Source: a virus | Lineage: Duplodnaviria; Caudoviricetes | IMG/VR virus record: IMGVR_UViG_3300032330_001422 | Span: 1-59,526 of that record | Strand: one strand, 5' to 3' | Length of the DNA: 59,526 bases | Program-made: the position numbers and the translations under genes | In this document: positions 34,030 to 44,725 of the stretch, in pieces | Numbering within the stretch: the first letter of the stretch is position 1 | How the letters are laid out: each line of letters starts with the position of its first letter | The notes under the pieces: model-generated | Databases searched by the model: none | What the model was told of the DNA's origin: nothing | What the model saw: the letters and a program-made list of their open reading frames with translations, nothing else

Positions 34030-34836
34030 ATGCAAAAGTGCATTGTTACATTAGTGGACAATAAAAATCCACACGAACTAAATAACTTAGTCGAAAGTTT
34101 AAACACCTTTTTTGTTGTTAATAATAAAGATGTAGATTTTTTGATTTTTTACGAAGATGGTTTTGACAAAAACGCTGTTAAAAAACTAAATATAAGTGGT
34201 AAAACTATTTATCATAAAGTAGATTTTTCTACAGATCATTTATCAGACAAAGAAAAATTGGAAATTCCCACTACATTTTATAATTTTAATATTGGTTACA
34301 GAATGATGTGTAGATTTTTTTCAGGAGAAATTTTTAAAATTTTAAAAAAATATAATTATGAGTATATTTTAAGACTGGATACCGACTCTTCTTTTTATGA
34401 AATTGTTAATAGAAATATATTTGACGAGTTTATAAATAATAATGCGTCATATGGTTACATCAATATAACCAACGATAGGATGGAAGTCAGATCCCAATTA
34501 TTACATCATATCACGAATTATATAGTAAAAAATAAAATAACAACAAACATTTCATTGTTTGATACTATCATACACAATTATAACTTGGTATATTATACAA
34601 ACTTTGAAATGATAAAAGTTTCAGAATTTACAAATGATAAACACCTAAATTTCTATCAACATTTAGATTCAATCAACGGTTTTCTAAAATTTAGATGGGG
34701 CGATCACGCGGTTCGATTTTTTTATGTTAATTTATTTATAAATAAAGAACACATACATTATTTTAATGATGTTGCATATAAACATCAATTCTATTTAAAA
34801 AACCGTCCATTTTCACTAAATGAGTATATAATATAA
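34030..34836 (+). CDS. GT15 (Kre2/Mnt1-like) mannosyltransferase-family protein
   Basis: YRMMCRFFSG, YILRLDTDS, YYTNFE, RWGDHAVR match the GT15 signatures YRHMCRF.SG, SNFEI and RWGDA. Confidence 0.82.
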   Translation: MQKCIVTLVDNKNPHELNNLVESLNTFFVVNNKDVDFLIFYEDGFDKNAVKKLNISGKTIYHKVDFSTDHLSDKEKLEIPTTFYNFNIGYRMMCRFFSGEIFKILKKYNYEYILRLDTDSSFYEIVNRNIFDEFINNNASYGYINITNDRMEVRSQLLHHITNYIVKNKITTNISLFDTIIHNYNLVYYTNFEMIKVSEFTNDKHLNFYQHLDSINGFLKFRWGDHAVRFFYVNLFINKEHIHYFNDVAYKHQFYLKNRPFSLNEYII

Positions 34837-35441
34837 TGAGTTATCCAAATCTAATGCCTTTTCAAGAATCTCCATTTAATGGCGATACCTATATAGAAAA
34901 TGAGTTTATAAAATTAAAAAATAAATTCAATATAAATGTTGCTATAGAAACAGGAAGTTGTCTTTATAGCACATCTTTGTGGTTAGCTGATAATTTTGAA
35001 AAAGTTTATACAATTGAAATAAACGATGAATATGCAAAATTTGGTAGACACAAAATCGAATCATTAAACAATGTACACTTTGAAATAGGAAAAAGTTCGG
35101 AATTTTTAAATAAAATGTTGAGATTCAATATTCTTTCTTTTGATAGATGTATATTTTTTCTTGATGCCCACTGGGAATCACATTGTCCATTATTAGACGA
35201 ATTAAATGAAATATCCCACATTAAAACTTTGCAACCACCTGTTATCACAATACACGACTTTTATACCGGCGATGAGAAACTTGGATATGATTGTTATGAT
35301 AATAAAATCTTCAATCTAGAATATATCTCAAAATCAATCAAAACGATTGAAGAAAATCTTAATTGTAAATACTCATACTATTACAATACAAATGCGGTAA
35401 ATACTTTCAGAGGAATTATTTACCTATTTCCCGTGTTATGA
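34836..35441 (+). CDS. class I SAM-dependent methyltransferase-like protein
   Basis: IETGS, YTIEIN, GKSSEFL, FFLDAHW. Confidence 0.75.
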   Translation: MSYPNLMPFQESPFNGDTYIENEFIKLKNKFNINVAIETGSCLYSTSLWLADNFEKVYTIEINDEYAKFGRHKIESLNNVHFEIGKSSEFLNKMLRFNILSFDRCIFFLDAHWESHCPLLDELNEISHIKTLQPPVITIHDFYTGDEKLGYDCYDNKIFNLEYISKSIKTIEENLNCKYSYYYNTNAVNTFRGIIYLFPVL

Positions 35442-36121
35442 AAATTCAAAATTTTATTTTTACATGGAATCAATTTGTTCCAAATGCAATTGATATTGAA
35501 TCAAAAATTAGTAAATATGGAAAAACAACAGTTGTCAATTCGAATGTAAATGAAAAACGTGACCATTGGATTAATTTAAATGACGGTTATTTTGCGGAAC
35601 AATGGAATGCATTAGTATCAAATATTGATTCCGATACCGATTTTATATTTCATATTCAAGCAGACGCTACGGTTGATGACTTTGATAAGCTATACTCTAG
35701 ATTCTATAATACTGTTTCCAAATACGATGTTGGTATATATTCTCCGAATGTACATTACACAGATCATAGATACAATAAAAATCTATTAACCAAATTAGAA
35801 GAAAATGTATATGAAGTACCAAATACAGATTGTACATGTTGGTTTATAAACAACAAGTTGATAAACAGTAAATTAATCTATGACATACAAACAAATAAAA
35901 TAGGATACGGTGCAGACTGGTATTATGCTGCAGAATCAATTATGCAACACAAGTATGTGTTAAGAGATTACACATTTACCGTAAATCATCCACACCATAA
36001 AAATTACGACAACAATAAAGCACAGGAATCTCTATCTGTATGGATAAATGAACAATCAGATAATATAAAAGAAGAAATATTAAAATTAATGAATAAACAT
36101 GAAATTTATTTCGATAAATAA
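35438..36121 (+). CDS. putative GT-A glycosyltransferase
   Basis: FHIQADA, GYGADW; glycosylation-island context. Confidence 0.55.
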   Translation: MKIQNFIFTWNQFVPNAIDIESKISKYGKTTVVNSNVNEKRDHWINLNDGYFAEQWNALVSNIDSDTDFIFHIQADATVDDFDKLYSRFYNTVSKYDVGIYSPNVHYTDHRYNKNLLTKLEENVYEVPNTDCTCWFINNKLINSKLIYDIQTNKIGYGADWYYAAESIMQHKYVLRDYTFTVNHPHHKNYDNNKAQESLSVWINEQSDNIKEEILKLMNKHEIYFDK

Positions 36122-36183
36122 TTCAATATACTTATATTTACAATTTCAACATATAATTTATAGAATATTGTTATTATACTAAA

Positions 36184-37665
36184 ATGAAAGTTTTATTAAT
36201 TTCCCCAAATATCAAAGGCTTTAAAGATGGAATTAATCGTATCCAACCTCCTTTAGGTTTATCCTATTTAACCAGTTATTTAAAAGAAATATGTGATGTT
36301 TATGTAAAAGATACCGCGATAGATGGATATGAAAACGAAACTTATATAGATAAAAAAATGGTAATGATTGGACAATCAAACAAAGAAATAGAAAATTATA
36401 TAAACAACATAAATCCTGATGTGATAGGTGTTTCTGTTTTATTTGCTAATTTAATGGATAGTGTTCATCAAATTGCAAATATAGCAAAAAAAATTAATAG
36501 TAAAATAATTTTTGTTGTGGGTGGAAATCATATAACAAATATAATTCATGACTATGAATGTGGTATAGATAATACTAAGTATATTGTTAATAGTAATATA
36601 GATTATTATTTTAAAGGCGAATCGGAATTAAATTTTACAGAATTTATTAAACGGTTAAAACTTAAATCTGCAATTGATGACGTTTCTGGTTTATGCAAAT
36701 TTAAAGATAAATTTATTATTAATAATAACAAATCGTTTTTAGATGTTTCCGAATTAAAAGATCCAAGTTGGGAATATTTTAATATGGAAAAATACTTTTC
36801 GGTGGGTCTTTTTCATTCAGCACAGTCGTATTCTAATAGAGTTTTACCTGTAATGTCGTCTAGAGGATGTCCTGAAAAATGTCAGTTTTGTACCACGCCA
36901 ATTACATGGGGATCTAAAGTTAGATGGAAAAATCCCAGATTACTTTATAATGAAATTAAAAAATCTATTATTGATTACAAAATTGGAGAAATACAATTTC
37001 AAGATGATACAATTACGGCTAATTTAAAAAATTTATATGAATTATGTAATTATCTTGAAGAATTCAATTTGCCATGGTGTACACCAAACGGAATAAAAAT
37101 TAATTACCATCAAAACGATCAATTTGAAATGTTTGAAAAAATGAAAAAAAGTGGTTGTTATCAAATAACATTTGCGTGTGAAAGTGGCTCACAACGAGTA
37201 TTAGATAATATTATTAAAAAAAATATAAAAGTATCAACGTTTAAAGATAATATTAAAAAAGCAAAAGATGCAGGTTTATTTGTACATACATTTTGGATTG
37301 TAGGATTTCCAGGAGAAACCAAATTTGACATGGAAAAAACTATAGAGGTTGCATCCGAATCCGGCGCAGATAGTTTTTCTTTATCAATTTTCAATCCATT
37401 ACCAGGCACACCATTGTATCATAAAGTTATTAAAGAAAATTTGTGGTGGGATTCAAGCAAAACCATAGATAACATGACGTTTAGAAATTCTTTAATTAAA
37501 GTGGATAATTTTTCAAATGATGAAGAATTTGAAAAATTTGTTGAAAAAAATAATTTTTATTTAAACAATATACTTAAAAATAATGATTTTAATCGATATG
37601 AATTGGTATCAAAAAATAGAGGAGTCAGTTTAAGAAATGATAAAAAATTCATAAAACAGACTTAA
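36184..37665 (+). CDS. B12-binding radical SAM protein
   Basis: PPLGLSYL, VVGGNH, GESE, SRGCPEKCQFC (CxxxCxxC), ESGSQRVL, IVGFPGET. Confidence 0.93.
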   Translation: MKVLLISPNIKGFKDGINRIQPPLGLSYLTSYLKEICDVYVKDTAIDGYENETYIDKKMVMIGQSNKEIENYINNINPDVIGVSVLFANLMDSVHQIANIAKKINSKIIFVVGGNHITNIIHDYECGIDNTKYIVNSNIDYYFKGESELNFTEFIKRLKLKSAIDDVSGLCKFKDKFIINNNKSFLDVSELKDPSWEYFNMEKYFSVGLFHSAQSYSNRVLPVMSSRGCPEKCQFCTTPITWGSKVRWKNPRLLYNEIKKSIIDYKIGEIQFQDDTITANLKNLYELCNYLEEFNLPWCTPNGIKINYHQNDQFEMFEKMKKSGCYQITFACESGSQRVLDNIIKKNIKVSTFKDNIKKAKDAGLFVHTFWIVGFPGETKFDMEKTIEVASESGADSFSLSIFNPLPGTPLYHKVIKENLWWDSSKTIDNMTFRNSLIKVDNFSNDEEFEKFVEKNNFYLNNILKNNDFNRYELVSKNRGVSLRNDKKFIKQT

Positions 37666-38659
37666 TTCTATTTTTTAAAAGTGAGGAACTTATTCCAGGC
37701 GTTCTGTTTATTAGATATAATTGTTTTTTATTAATAGGATACATTTTATTAATCTTTTCATCCTCTTCTTTTCCAGCAACAACAAAATCAACATTTAAAT
37801 TATCAATAAAAGATTGTGTTGTAATCACAGGCGCATTCTCATATATTTCATCATATAAACAGGTGTCTTTAATATTTTTTAATCTAACTTCATATGAGTC
37901 TATTGGCTTATCTTTATATGTCATAACATCCGTGTCGTTATGTACACCGACGATGACTTTATCAAACAAATCTCTACATTTTTTTAATAAATTAAAATGT
38001 CCTGTGTGAAACATATCGCCTACTAATGATGTGTAACAAATAACAGGATGTTTATTATCATCAAATAGATACACATCACTTACATTATCATTAACTTCGG
38101 TCCATTCTTTGTTATGTTCATTACATCTGGTTTGTGGCACCATATAATATCTACCATATCGTAATTTTAAAACGGTCTTAATATGTGAAGGACAACTAAA
38201 TTCGGCGTTTTTTATTTTTATTTTATTTAAATTCTCTATACATTTAGACGGAGTTTTTAACTTAGAATTATACTGATCACTAAATAAACAATGTTCATAT
38301 ATGTCACCTTTTTTTCTATAAAAATATATATCCAACCATCTAGAATTAACAAGTGTATTATTTTTTTTATATACTAATTTTATAAGACTATCACTAACAT
38401 CGTTTCCTTCGTGTTTATATTTTATAATATCAACCAAATTTATTTTTTCTAAATTTTTAAGTATATTAGTTACAATATTTAAGTGATTTATATTAACGCT
38501 AATATCTATGTCATCGTCGTGTTCAATAAAATCAGATTCTCTGTATGCACCTAATAATGTTCCACAATCTATCCAATATGGAACATTATTTTTATCCAAC
38601 TCATTTGTAATTAATTTTAAAAATTCTAAAGAATTTTTTGATTTTTCATTTATAATCAT
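37649..38659 (-). CDS. LicD-family phosphotransferase fused to a cytidylyltransferase
   Basis: YWIDCGTLLGAYR...HDDDIDI (LicD) and GDMFHTGH...VGVHND (HxGH). Confidence 0.88.
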   Translation of the reverse strand: MIINEKSKNSLEFLKLITNELDKNNVPYWIDCGTLLGAYRESDFIEHDDDIDISVNINHLNIVTNILKNLEKINLVDIIKYKHEGNDVSDSLIKLVYKKNNTLVNSRWLDIYFYRKKGDIYEHCLFSDQYNSKLKTPSKCIENLNKIKIKNAEFSCPSHIKTVLKLRYGRYYMVPQTRCNEHNKEWTEVNDNVSDVYLFDDNKHPVICYTSLVGDMFHTGHFNLLKKCRDLFDKVIVGVHNDTDVMTYKDKPIDSYEVRLKNIKDTCLYDEIYENAPVITTQSFIDNLNVDFVVAGKEEDEKINKMYPINKKQLYLINRTPGISSSLLKNRIKSVL

Positions 38660-39485
38660 TGAATTTTTTTAAATTTTCTATTGTTGATATAATTTGAGTG
38701 GAATCGAATCCATTAATACAATTGAATTCATTGTCATTGTTACGATCACATCCACCTCCATGATAATTACACGGAGAACATGCTATATTTGATTTTATAA
38801 TAGATCTATTGTGCATATAATATTTAGATAGTATGTTTTCACTATTGTTAGTATATAATCCAATCCACGGAGTAGACAATATTTCAGATAAATGTAAAGT
38901 ACCTGTATCTACCGTAACAACCAATTTAGCGTTGTTAATTGCTTCACACATTTCATATAAGTTAGAATAATGTGGATCAATTATAATATCAATTCTATCT
39001 TTGTAAAAAATTTTAATATTATCTAATGTAGTTTGATTTATTTTTCTATTTTCAGCTGATCTAGAATTAGAAAAAAACAATATTTGATTTGACGGATTTT
39101 TTTTAAAATTGAACGGATTTGATAATGATAAAGAATCGGGAACATCTTTTATATTTGAATTTAAAAACAAAAACATTACCAATATTTGTCTATTTAACTC
39201 CATTGCATGTTTGTCTTTAAAATGTTTAGATATATCATTTAAATGATACATGTTGTTTAAATTAACAACATAATCATGTTCTTTATATTTTTCTAAATAA
39301 TTCAACTGGTTTGTATATGCTATTAATTTTACCGAATCGTTGAAAAAATATTTAATCAAATCAAAATTATAAGGCACAGTTTCAAACGTAACTGCATAAT
39401 TCTTGATTAATAAATGATTTATATATGGAAATGTTAAAATTAAATCTCCGACTCCATTATGTAACGATATTAAAACACTGTTCAT
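38646..39485 (-). CDS. GT9-family glycosyltransferase
   Basis: GVGDLI, VTVDTGTLHLS, CSPC. Confidence 0.85.
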   Translation of the reverse strand: MNSVLISLHNGVGDLILTFPYINHLLIKNYAVTFETVPYNFDLIKYFFNDSVKLIAYTNQLNYLEKYKEHDYVVNLNNMYHLNDISKHFKDKHAMELNRQILVMFLFLNSNIKDVPDSLSLSNPFNFKKNPSNQILFFSNSRSAENRKINQTTLDNIKIFYKDRIDIIIDPHYSNLYEMCEAINNAKLVVTVDTGTLHLSEILSTPWIGLYTNNSENILSKYYMHNRSIIKSNIACSPCNYHGGGCDRNNDNEFNCINGFDSTQIISTIENLKKFNDYK

Positions 39486-39486
39486 T

Positions 39487-40197
39487 TTAATTCCAATTCG
39501 TATTATAATGATTAAGCCAATAGGTTCTTAATTCTCCTTTTCCTTGTATTAAGTAAAAAGGTAAGAAATTTATAGATCCAACCCCATTATTATAATAAAC
39601 TAATTTGGAGGGCCCTCTATTTAAACTAAAAGCAAAGTGTGATGTTCCTGTATCACCTCCAACAAATATTTCCGCGTCTAAAATATGATGTATGTTTGTT
39701 ATAAAATCAGTACTATATTTCCAATTTTCAAACTTAGTATTTATTATATCTTTTTTAACGCATATTATTTTTTCATATATATCGTATTCAGTCGATGAAT
39801 ATTGTTCTATTATATTTTTAAAAACGTCCAGTGGCCAATTTCTATATTGATTATATAACGCATCAAATACAGGAAATATTACTATTTTTTTTGTCATTTT
39901 AACTGTGTTTGGTATTTTAATTAGATCTCCAGATAAAGACCTATAATCCCACAAAGACACATTTTTCCATGGTAATATTTGTTCTCCCGGAAGTTTGCTA
40001 AAATAATCCGTGTTGTTTAACAAAAAGTTATAAAATTTAGTATTATACTCTTCGGTGTGAATAGAGTTTTCCACATAAAATTTTATATTATTATTGTTAT
40101 TTATCTTACGCAAATGTTCTATAACATTCATTGATGCTACAAGATCTCCATTTTTTAAATTGTCATAAAACGTTTCCCTAACAATATTATATACCAT
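39487..40197 (-). CDS. GT9-like glycosyltransferase
   Basis: NGDLV, RNWP, FVGGDTGTSH. Confidence 0.7.
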   Translation of the reverse strand: MVYNIVRETFYDNLKNGDLVASMNVIEHLRKINNNNNIKFYVENSIHTEEYNTKFYNFLLNNTDYFSKLPGEQILPWKNVSLWDYRSLSGDLIKIPNTVKMTKKIVIFPVFDALYNQYRNWPLDVFKNIIEQYSSTEYDIYEKIICVKKDIINTKFENWKYSTDFITNIHHILDAEIFVGGDTGTSHFAFSLNRGPSKLVYYNNGVGSINFLPFYLIQGKGELRTYWLNHYNTNWN

Positions 40198-40201
40198 AAA
40201 A

Positions 40202-40774
40202 TTAATTTTTACGAACTATAAATTCGATCTGGCAAACAGCGTTCTCTCTCGTTTGATCTTCAAAGAATCTATTAAAGTCAAAGTCTTTAACTATAGTTTG
40301 ACAGCTAATTAAACTCATATCTTTATCAAAACATTTTAAGAAATCCATCACAGCTATTGATTTTGGTAAATTTGATTTAAATTCAAATGACCAAGAAGTT
40401 TTATGATTGGGATTATAAATTGACGGCCATTTATATTTTTCATAAAAAATTTCATGAGGAATCGCAACTATCAAATAACCAAGAGGTTTGCAAATTCTCA
40501 ACCAATTAGAAAATGCTTCATATGGATCAATAACGTGTTCCAAACAATGTGAACTATAAACAAAATCAAACAATTCGTCGTTTAAATTTTTACAATACAT
40601 AGCGTCGTGGGATTCGTCTAATGACTTATCATACGGAACAATTGATTCAATATTCTTAAACACAGATTTAGAAAGAACATCAGATCCACATCCAATATCT
40701 ATACCGTTGCCTTTGAAATAATTATGATAATTATTTTGAATTCTGTATTCGTTAAGTTTTTTCGTTTCATTCAT
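40202..40774 (-). CDS. class I SAM-dependent methyltransferase
   Basis: GIDIGCG, FDFVYSSHCLEH, RICKPLG. Confidence 0.9.
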   Translation of the reverse strand: MNETKKLNEYRIQNNYHNYFKGNGIDIGCGSDVLSKSVFKNIESIVPYDKSLDESHDAMYCKNLNDELFDFVYSSHCLEHVIDPYEAFSNWLRICKPLGYLIVAIPHEIFYEKYKWPSIYNPNHKTSWSFEFKSNLPKSIAVMDFLKCFDKDMSLISCQTIVKDFDFNRFFEDQTRENAVCQIEFIVRKN

Positions 40775-40779
40775 ATTAA

Positions 40780-41433
40780 TTAACCAATTTCACTTTTATA
40801 TTTTTTATAAAACTCATTTTTATCAGATTCATATTCACGATATGAACTTGCGTAAAATATTTTATCAGTACACATATATGTATCAAACTTGGAATAAATT
40901 GTTTTCGATAAAAACCAATCCATAGGCAATTTGTTTTTTTCAATTTCATTTAACACAAATGAGACAGTTTCTCGTTTATACGCCACCATATGTGTACCGA
41001 CTAATTCCTCTAAATATTGTAATTTGTAAAAACTATCCGATTTACATATTTTATCATTTATAGGTGTATTTTTATGAAACCCCAAATTAAGAATATTCCA
41101 ATTGATTGGCAATTTATTAAAAAGAAAAATTAACTTATTTTTATACTCCACATCAAAGCAAATGTCATCCTCCAAAACACAAAAAGATTCTGATTTAGTG
41201 TAAGACTCTTTTAATAAAATAGATTCGTTTGCACTTAATAAACTAAAATTTCCTTTGCCTACCCACAGATCTTCATCATTTATATCTTCAAAGTACTTTT
41301 TTTTTGGCGATATTATTAATTCAAATTGGATATTTTCTTTATTTAAAAATGGAATCAAGTCATTTAATCTATTTTGGGTTGCATATGATGAAATAACATA
41401 CACTTTATTAAAAAAATTATTTAGTATGTTCAC
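40780..41433 (-). CDS. GT25-like glycosyltransferase
   Basis: KVYVIS...R, VLEDDI, LPMDW. Confidence 0.75.
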   Translation of the reverse strand: MNILNNFFNKVYVISSYATQNRLNDLIPFLNKENIQFELIISPKKKYFEDINDEDLWVGKGNFSLLSANESILLKESYTKSESFCVLEDDICFDVEYKNKLIFLFNKLPINWNILNLGFHKNTPINDKICKSDSFYKLQYLEELVGTHMVAYKRETVSFVLNEIEKNKLPMDWFLSKTIYSKFDTYMCTDKIFYASSYREYESDKNEFYKKYKSEIG

Positions 41434-42344
41434 GTTAATATAAATGGTTCATTTTTAATTTTATCTATAAATAACTGCTTAACTATTTTGATGTTGACAG
41501 CACTACAATCGTTTAATCCACTATAAATATTAATATTTACATCGTCAATTACTACGTTCATAGGAAAAATAACTTCATATTTAACAGTTTCACACAATTC
41601 AGTTCTTCGCCAATTCCATAGATTATTCAACAATGTACTATCACTATATTCTCTATTAGCTTCAAACAATGGTTTATATGCATATCCTAGTGGAGATAAA
41701 TCGTCGTTTAATCTTAATACACCCACAAAGTATTTAAAATATAATCTACCAAGAGGAATATAACTATGAAATAATAAATACTTTATATTATCAACTTCAA
41801 ACACATTGGTACTTAAACCAGGAGGTCCATACATTTCTATCCATGGCTGCCAGTTAATTTGTTTTTTAAATATTACATTTTCATTATTATCCATTATTGT
41901 ATATGGATTAACGTGATAAATAATATTATTATTGTAAAATTGCCAATGTTTTTCAAAATGAGCATTTTGAGTTTTGAAAAAATCTAGTCTTCTAGTTTTC
42001 AAACCATATTTAGCGTATTTTACAGATACGATTTTGTTTAAGTCAAACGAATCTCTTATACAAACAACAACTGATATTTCTTTGTTATTTATAAAACGTG
42101 CGTCTTCAAATGAATATAATAGATTATTTTGAGTGTACGATTGCAGTATAACATTGTCGTATTGATCTACGATCTCACTGATCAAAATTTTATTATTTAA
42201 CCGCTTCTCTTTTCTAAATAACCAATATTTTTTAATTACGTTATAATCCTCAAATTGATGACAACATGTTGGATTAAAGTAATTAATTATTCCGTTAAAT
42301 TTTCTTTCAACTACTATTTCTAAGTTATTTAAATTAAAAATCAT
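41430..42344 (-). CDS. beta-propeller glycoside hydrolase/phosphorylase-like protein
   Basis: FNP, EDAR, EKHW, LLFHS, VIFP, YSGLND motifs. Confidence 0.55.
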   Translation of the reverse strand: MIFNLNNLEIVVERKFNGIINYFNPTCCHQFEDYNVIKKYWLFRKEKRLNNKILISEIVDQYDNVILQSYTQNNLLYSFEDARFINNKEISVVVCIRDSFDLNKIVSVKYAKYGLKTRRLDFFKTQNAHFEKHWQFYNNNIIYHVNPYTIMDNNENVIFKKQINWQPWIEMYGPPGLSTNVFEVDNIKYLLFHSYIPLGRLYFKYFVGVLRLNDDLSPLGYAYKPLFEANREYSDSTLLNNLWNWRRTELCETVKYEVIFPMNVVIDDVNINIYSGLNDCSAVNIKIVKQLFIDKIKNEPFILT

Positions 42345-43459
42345 TTAAGTTCTGATTCTATATTTTTAATAAAATAGTCTTTCAAATAAGTTACGTTTCT
42401 GTATTTAAGATTCGTTTCACAGCTTTTAACATACATCTTATATAGATCATTTTTACCAGAGCCCCGTAAATAATGCCATAAAGTATCACATGCTTTATAT
42501 TCGTCCAAATTATTTGAATCAGGTCTATTTTCGAACATAACACAATTTTCTCCATGAATCCAAGGATAAGCGTGTGTCAAAAATGAAAGATCTTGTTTAA
42601 AAGACAATGCGTTAATCGTAGATTCAATTGTTCTAAAACACTTTAGACCGGCGCCGTATAAATCAATAACTGTTCTAGAATTTTTTTGGTATTTCATAAA
42701 ATCAACGCGTTCATACCATTCTTTGTGAAACAAAGCTATAGCATAATCTCGTTTGTTTTTTATTAATTCTTCATCGTATTGTTTCTCGGAACTATACATA
42801 TTATGTCCGAATCTATCCATTTGAGCAAACAACGTGCCATATAATTTAACTCTATCTTGACTACTTCTACCCCATATATAAAGGATATCTAATCCTCTTT
42901 TCCAGAATTCATCTTCAGTACAAGGCGTATATTCGTCGTATGTATTTATAAAATCTGCAGGTAGTACTTTTACACCTAAGTTTGATAGATCCAATAAATT
43001 AGATAATTCTCGCTTGAAATAAATTCTTATTTTATCTTTTAAAACGACATTCAAGTTTTCATGCAATCGTAAAAACTGTTTATCGTGTTCAAAGAATCCG
43101 TCGTATGGTTCATGTTTTAATCCAAAAAAAGAATAAAAGTTTTGTTGATATCTTTTATCAGGCCAAGTACCACAGCCAAACTCCATGAAATCTAAGATAA
43201 TTAAATTTTTAAAATTTATAGAATTTATAGATTCATCGTATTCGTAATTAGGTTCCCAAACTATTGGTAGTATAGTAAAATCGGCTTCTTCATGATTTTG
43301 TGTATACTTTATTATATTACCAAGCATAGAAAACCAGTGTGTATTTAAATAACCATCATAAGAATTTTGATAGTTTCCATTTTTATTGTGTTTTAAAACC
43401 GAGAATTTCATTTTATTTATTGGTATTTTTCGATAAGATTTTTTATAAATTATTGGCAT
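42341..43459 (-). CDS. hypothetical protein, glycosyltransferase-like
   Basis: YFKREL, GAGLKCFRTIE; island context. Confidence 0.55.
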   Translation of the reverse strand: MPIIYKKSYRKIPINKMKFSVLKHNKNGNYQNSYDGYLNTHWFSMLGNIIKYTQNHEEADFTILPIVWEPNYEYDESINSINFKNLIILDFMEFGCGTWPDKRYQQNFYSFFGLKHEPYDGFFEHDKQFLRLHENLNVVLKDKIRIYFKRELSNLLDLSNLGVKVLPADFINTYDEYTPCTEDEFWKRGLDILYIWGRSSQDRVKLYGTLFAQMDRFGHNMYSSEKQYDEELIKNKRDYAIALFHKEWYERVDFMKYQKNSRTVIDLYGAGLKCFRTIESTINALSFKQDLSFLTHAYPWIHGENCVMFENRPDSNNLDEYKACDTLWHYLRGSGKNDLYKMYVKSCETNLKYRNVTYLKDYFIKNIESELK

Positions 43460-44024
43460 TTTTAATTAAAGTTATATTGCCTAGATCTACATTATAAATT
43501 TTATAACCACATTCTTTTAATTTATTTAAAATATACGGATAATTTTCATCTCTATTAGATATATGTGCGTGTTCAAATGTTATTTTTTTAATATTAAATT
43601 TATTAAAATCTATACTGTTTATAATGTTAAAATCCTCCCCTTCACAATCTACAAACAGATAATCTATATTAGTCAGGTTATTTAACTTAAACAACTTTTC
43701 TATCGATATAGATTTCATTAAAAAAGACTTTGATTCTTCCAATTTATGTCCGTGTTTTATAACGTGTTCTTTTGATAAAGATGAGTGTTGTGAATATTTG
43801 TGTCCTTCAAAATGCGGAATATAAAAATTTTTTTCTATTTCTTGATCTGATATTAAATGACATTCTATTTTAACATTATTAAAAGATTTATATCGAACTT
43901 TAGCCAGTTCCTCTATAACAAATGGATTAGCATCAACCAATAAAGCAAAATCTACACATTGAGAGTTTATTATTTTATAAATCTCATCATCCCCATCATT
44001 ACATCCTATTTGTACAATTATCAT
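43443..44024 (-). CDS. FkbM-family methyltransferase
   Basis: VQIGCNDG, VDANP, IDYLFVDCEGED, FEH. Confidence 0.88.
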   Translation of the reverse strand: MIIVQIGCNDGDDEIYKIINSQCVDFALLVDANPFVIEELAKVRYKSFNNVKIECHLISDQEIEKNFYIPHFEGHKYSQHSSLSKEHVIKHGHKLEESKSFLMKSISIEKLFKLNNLTNIDYLFVDCEGEDFNIINSIDFNKFNIKKITFEHAHISNRDENYPYILNKLKECGYKIYNVDLGNITLIKNANNL

Positions 44025-44725
44025 TTTTTAATATAATATAAATTTTTATATTTAGAATATTGAATTGTTTTTCCTATATTTTTTGAAAACTGAATTGCTG
44101 CATTATTTACATCTAACCAACAAACATCATCTCCAAAAATATACCCATCTTCATTTAATAAATTAAAATACGATGTTAAATCGTTTAAAACAGAATCGTA
44201 TTCATGAGATGCGTCTACATATATAAGATCTGATTTTATATTATGGTGAATTAAATATTTATACATCATATCTGTGGTATTTGGTAAAGATATGATGTAA
44301 TCTTGTAATTCATGACTTATTACATTTCTACAAAATTCATCGAACATTGTAGAGGTACCATCTTTAAAAAAATTATATTTATGTAAAGTATTACATTTAT
44401 CTTTTCTCCAATGTTCCACACTTCCTAACCACGTATCAATACATAAAATTTTACAATTTATATTGTTTTCTTTACATATTTTTGCCATAGTAATAGCTGA
44501 CCAACCCAGATATGAACCCAATTCAATTATTAATTTTGGTCTTTTTTCTAAAATTAATTGTTTGAACGTATCAATACTATCTGGATATTGCCAATTTTCT
44601 ATTTCACGATTCTTCTCTATTATAGAAGCATCGAATCTATCAAATGGAGATTTTAATCCAAAAAATTCAAAATTTATATCATTCATATTAAAAATATACG
44701 GATCCTTCGGTTTCATGTTTATCAT
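44021..44725 (-). CDS. class I SAM-dependent methyltransferase
   Basis: IELGSYLGWSA, CIDTW, YVDASHEY, GDD. Confidence 0.88.
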   Translation of the reverse strand: MINMKPKDPYIFNMNDINFEFFGLKSPFDRFDASIIEKNREIENWQYPDSIDTFKQLILEKRPKLIIELGSYLGWSAITMAKICKENNINCKILCIDTWLGSVEHWRKDKCNTLHKYNFFKDGTSTMFDEFCRNVISHELQDYIISLPNTTDMMYKYLIHHNIKSDLIYVDASHEYDSVLNDLTSYFNLLNEDGYIFGDDVCWLDVNNAAIQFSKNIGKTIQYSKYKNLYYIKK

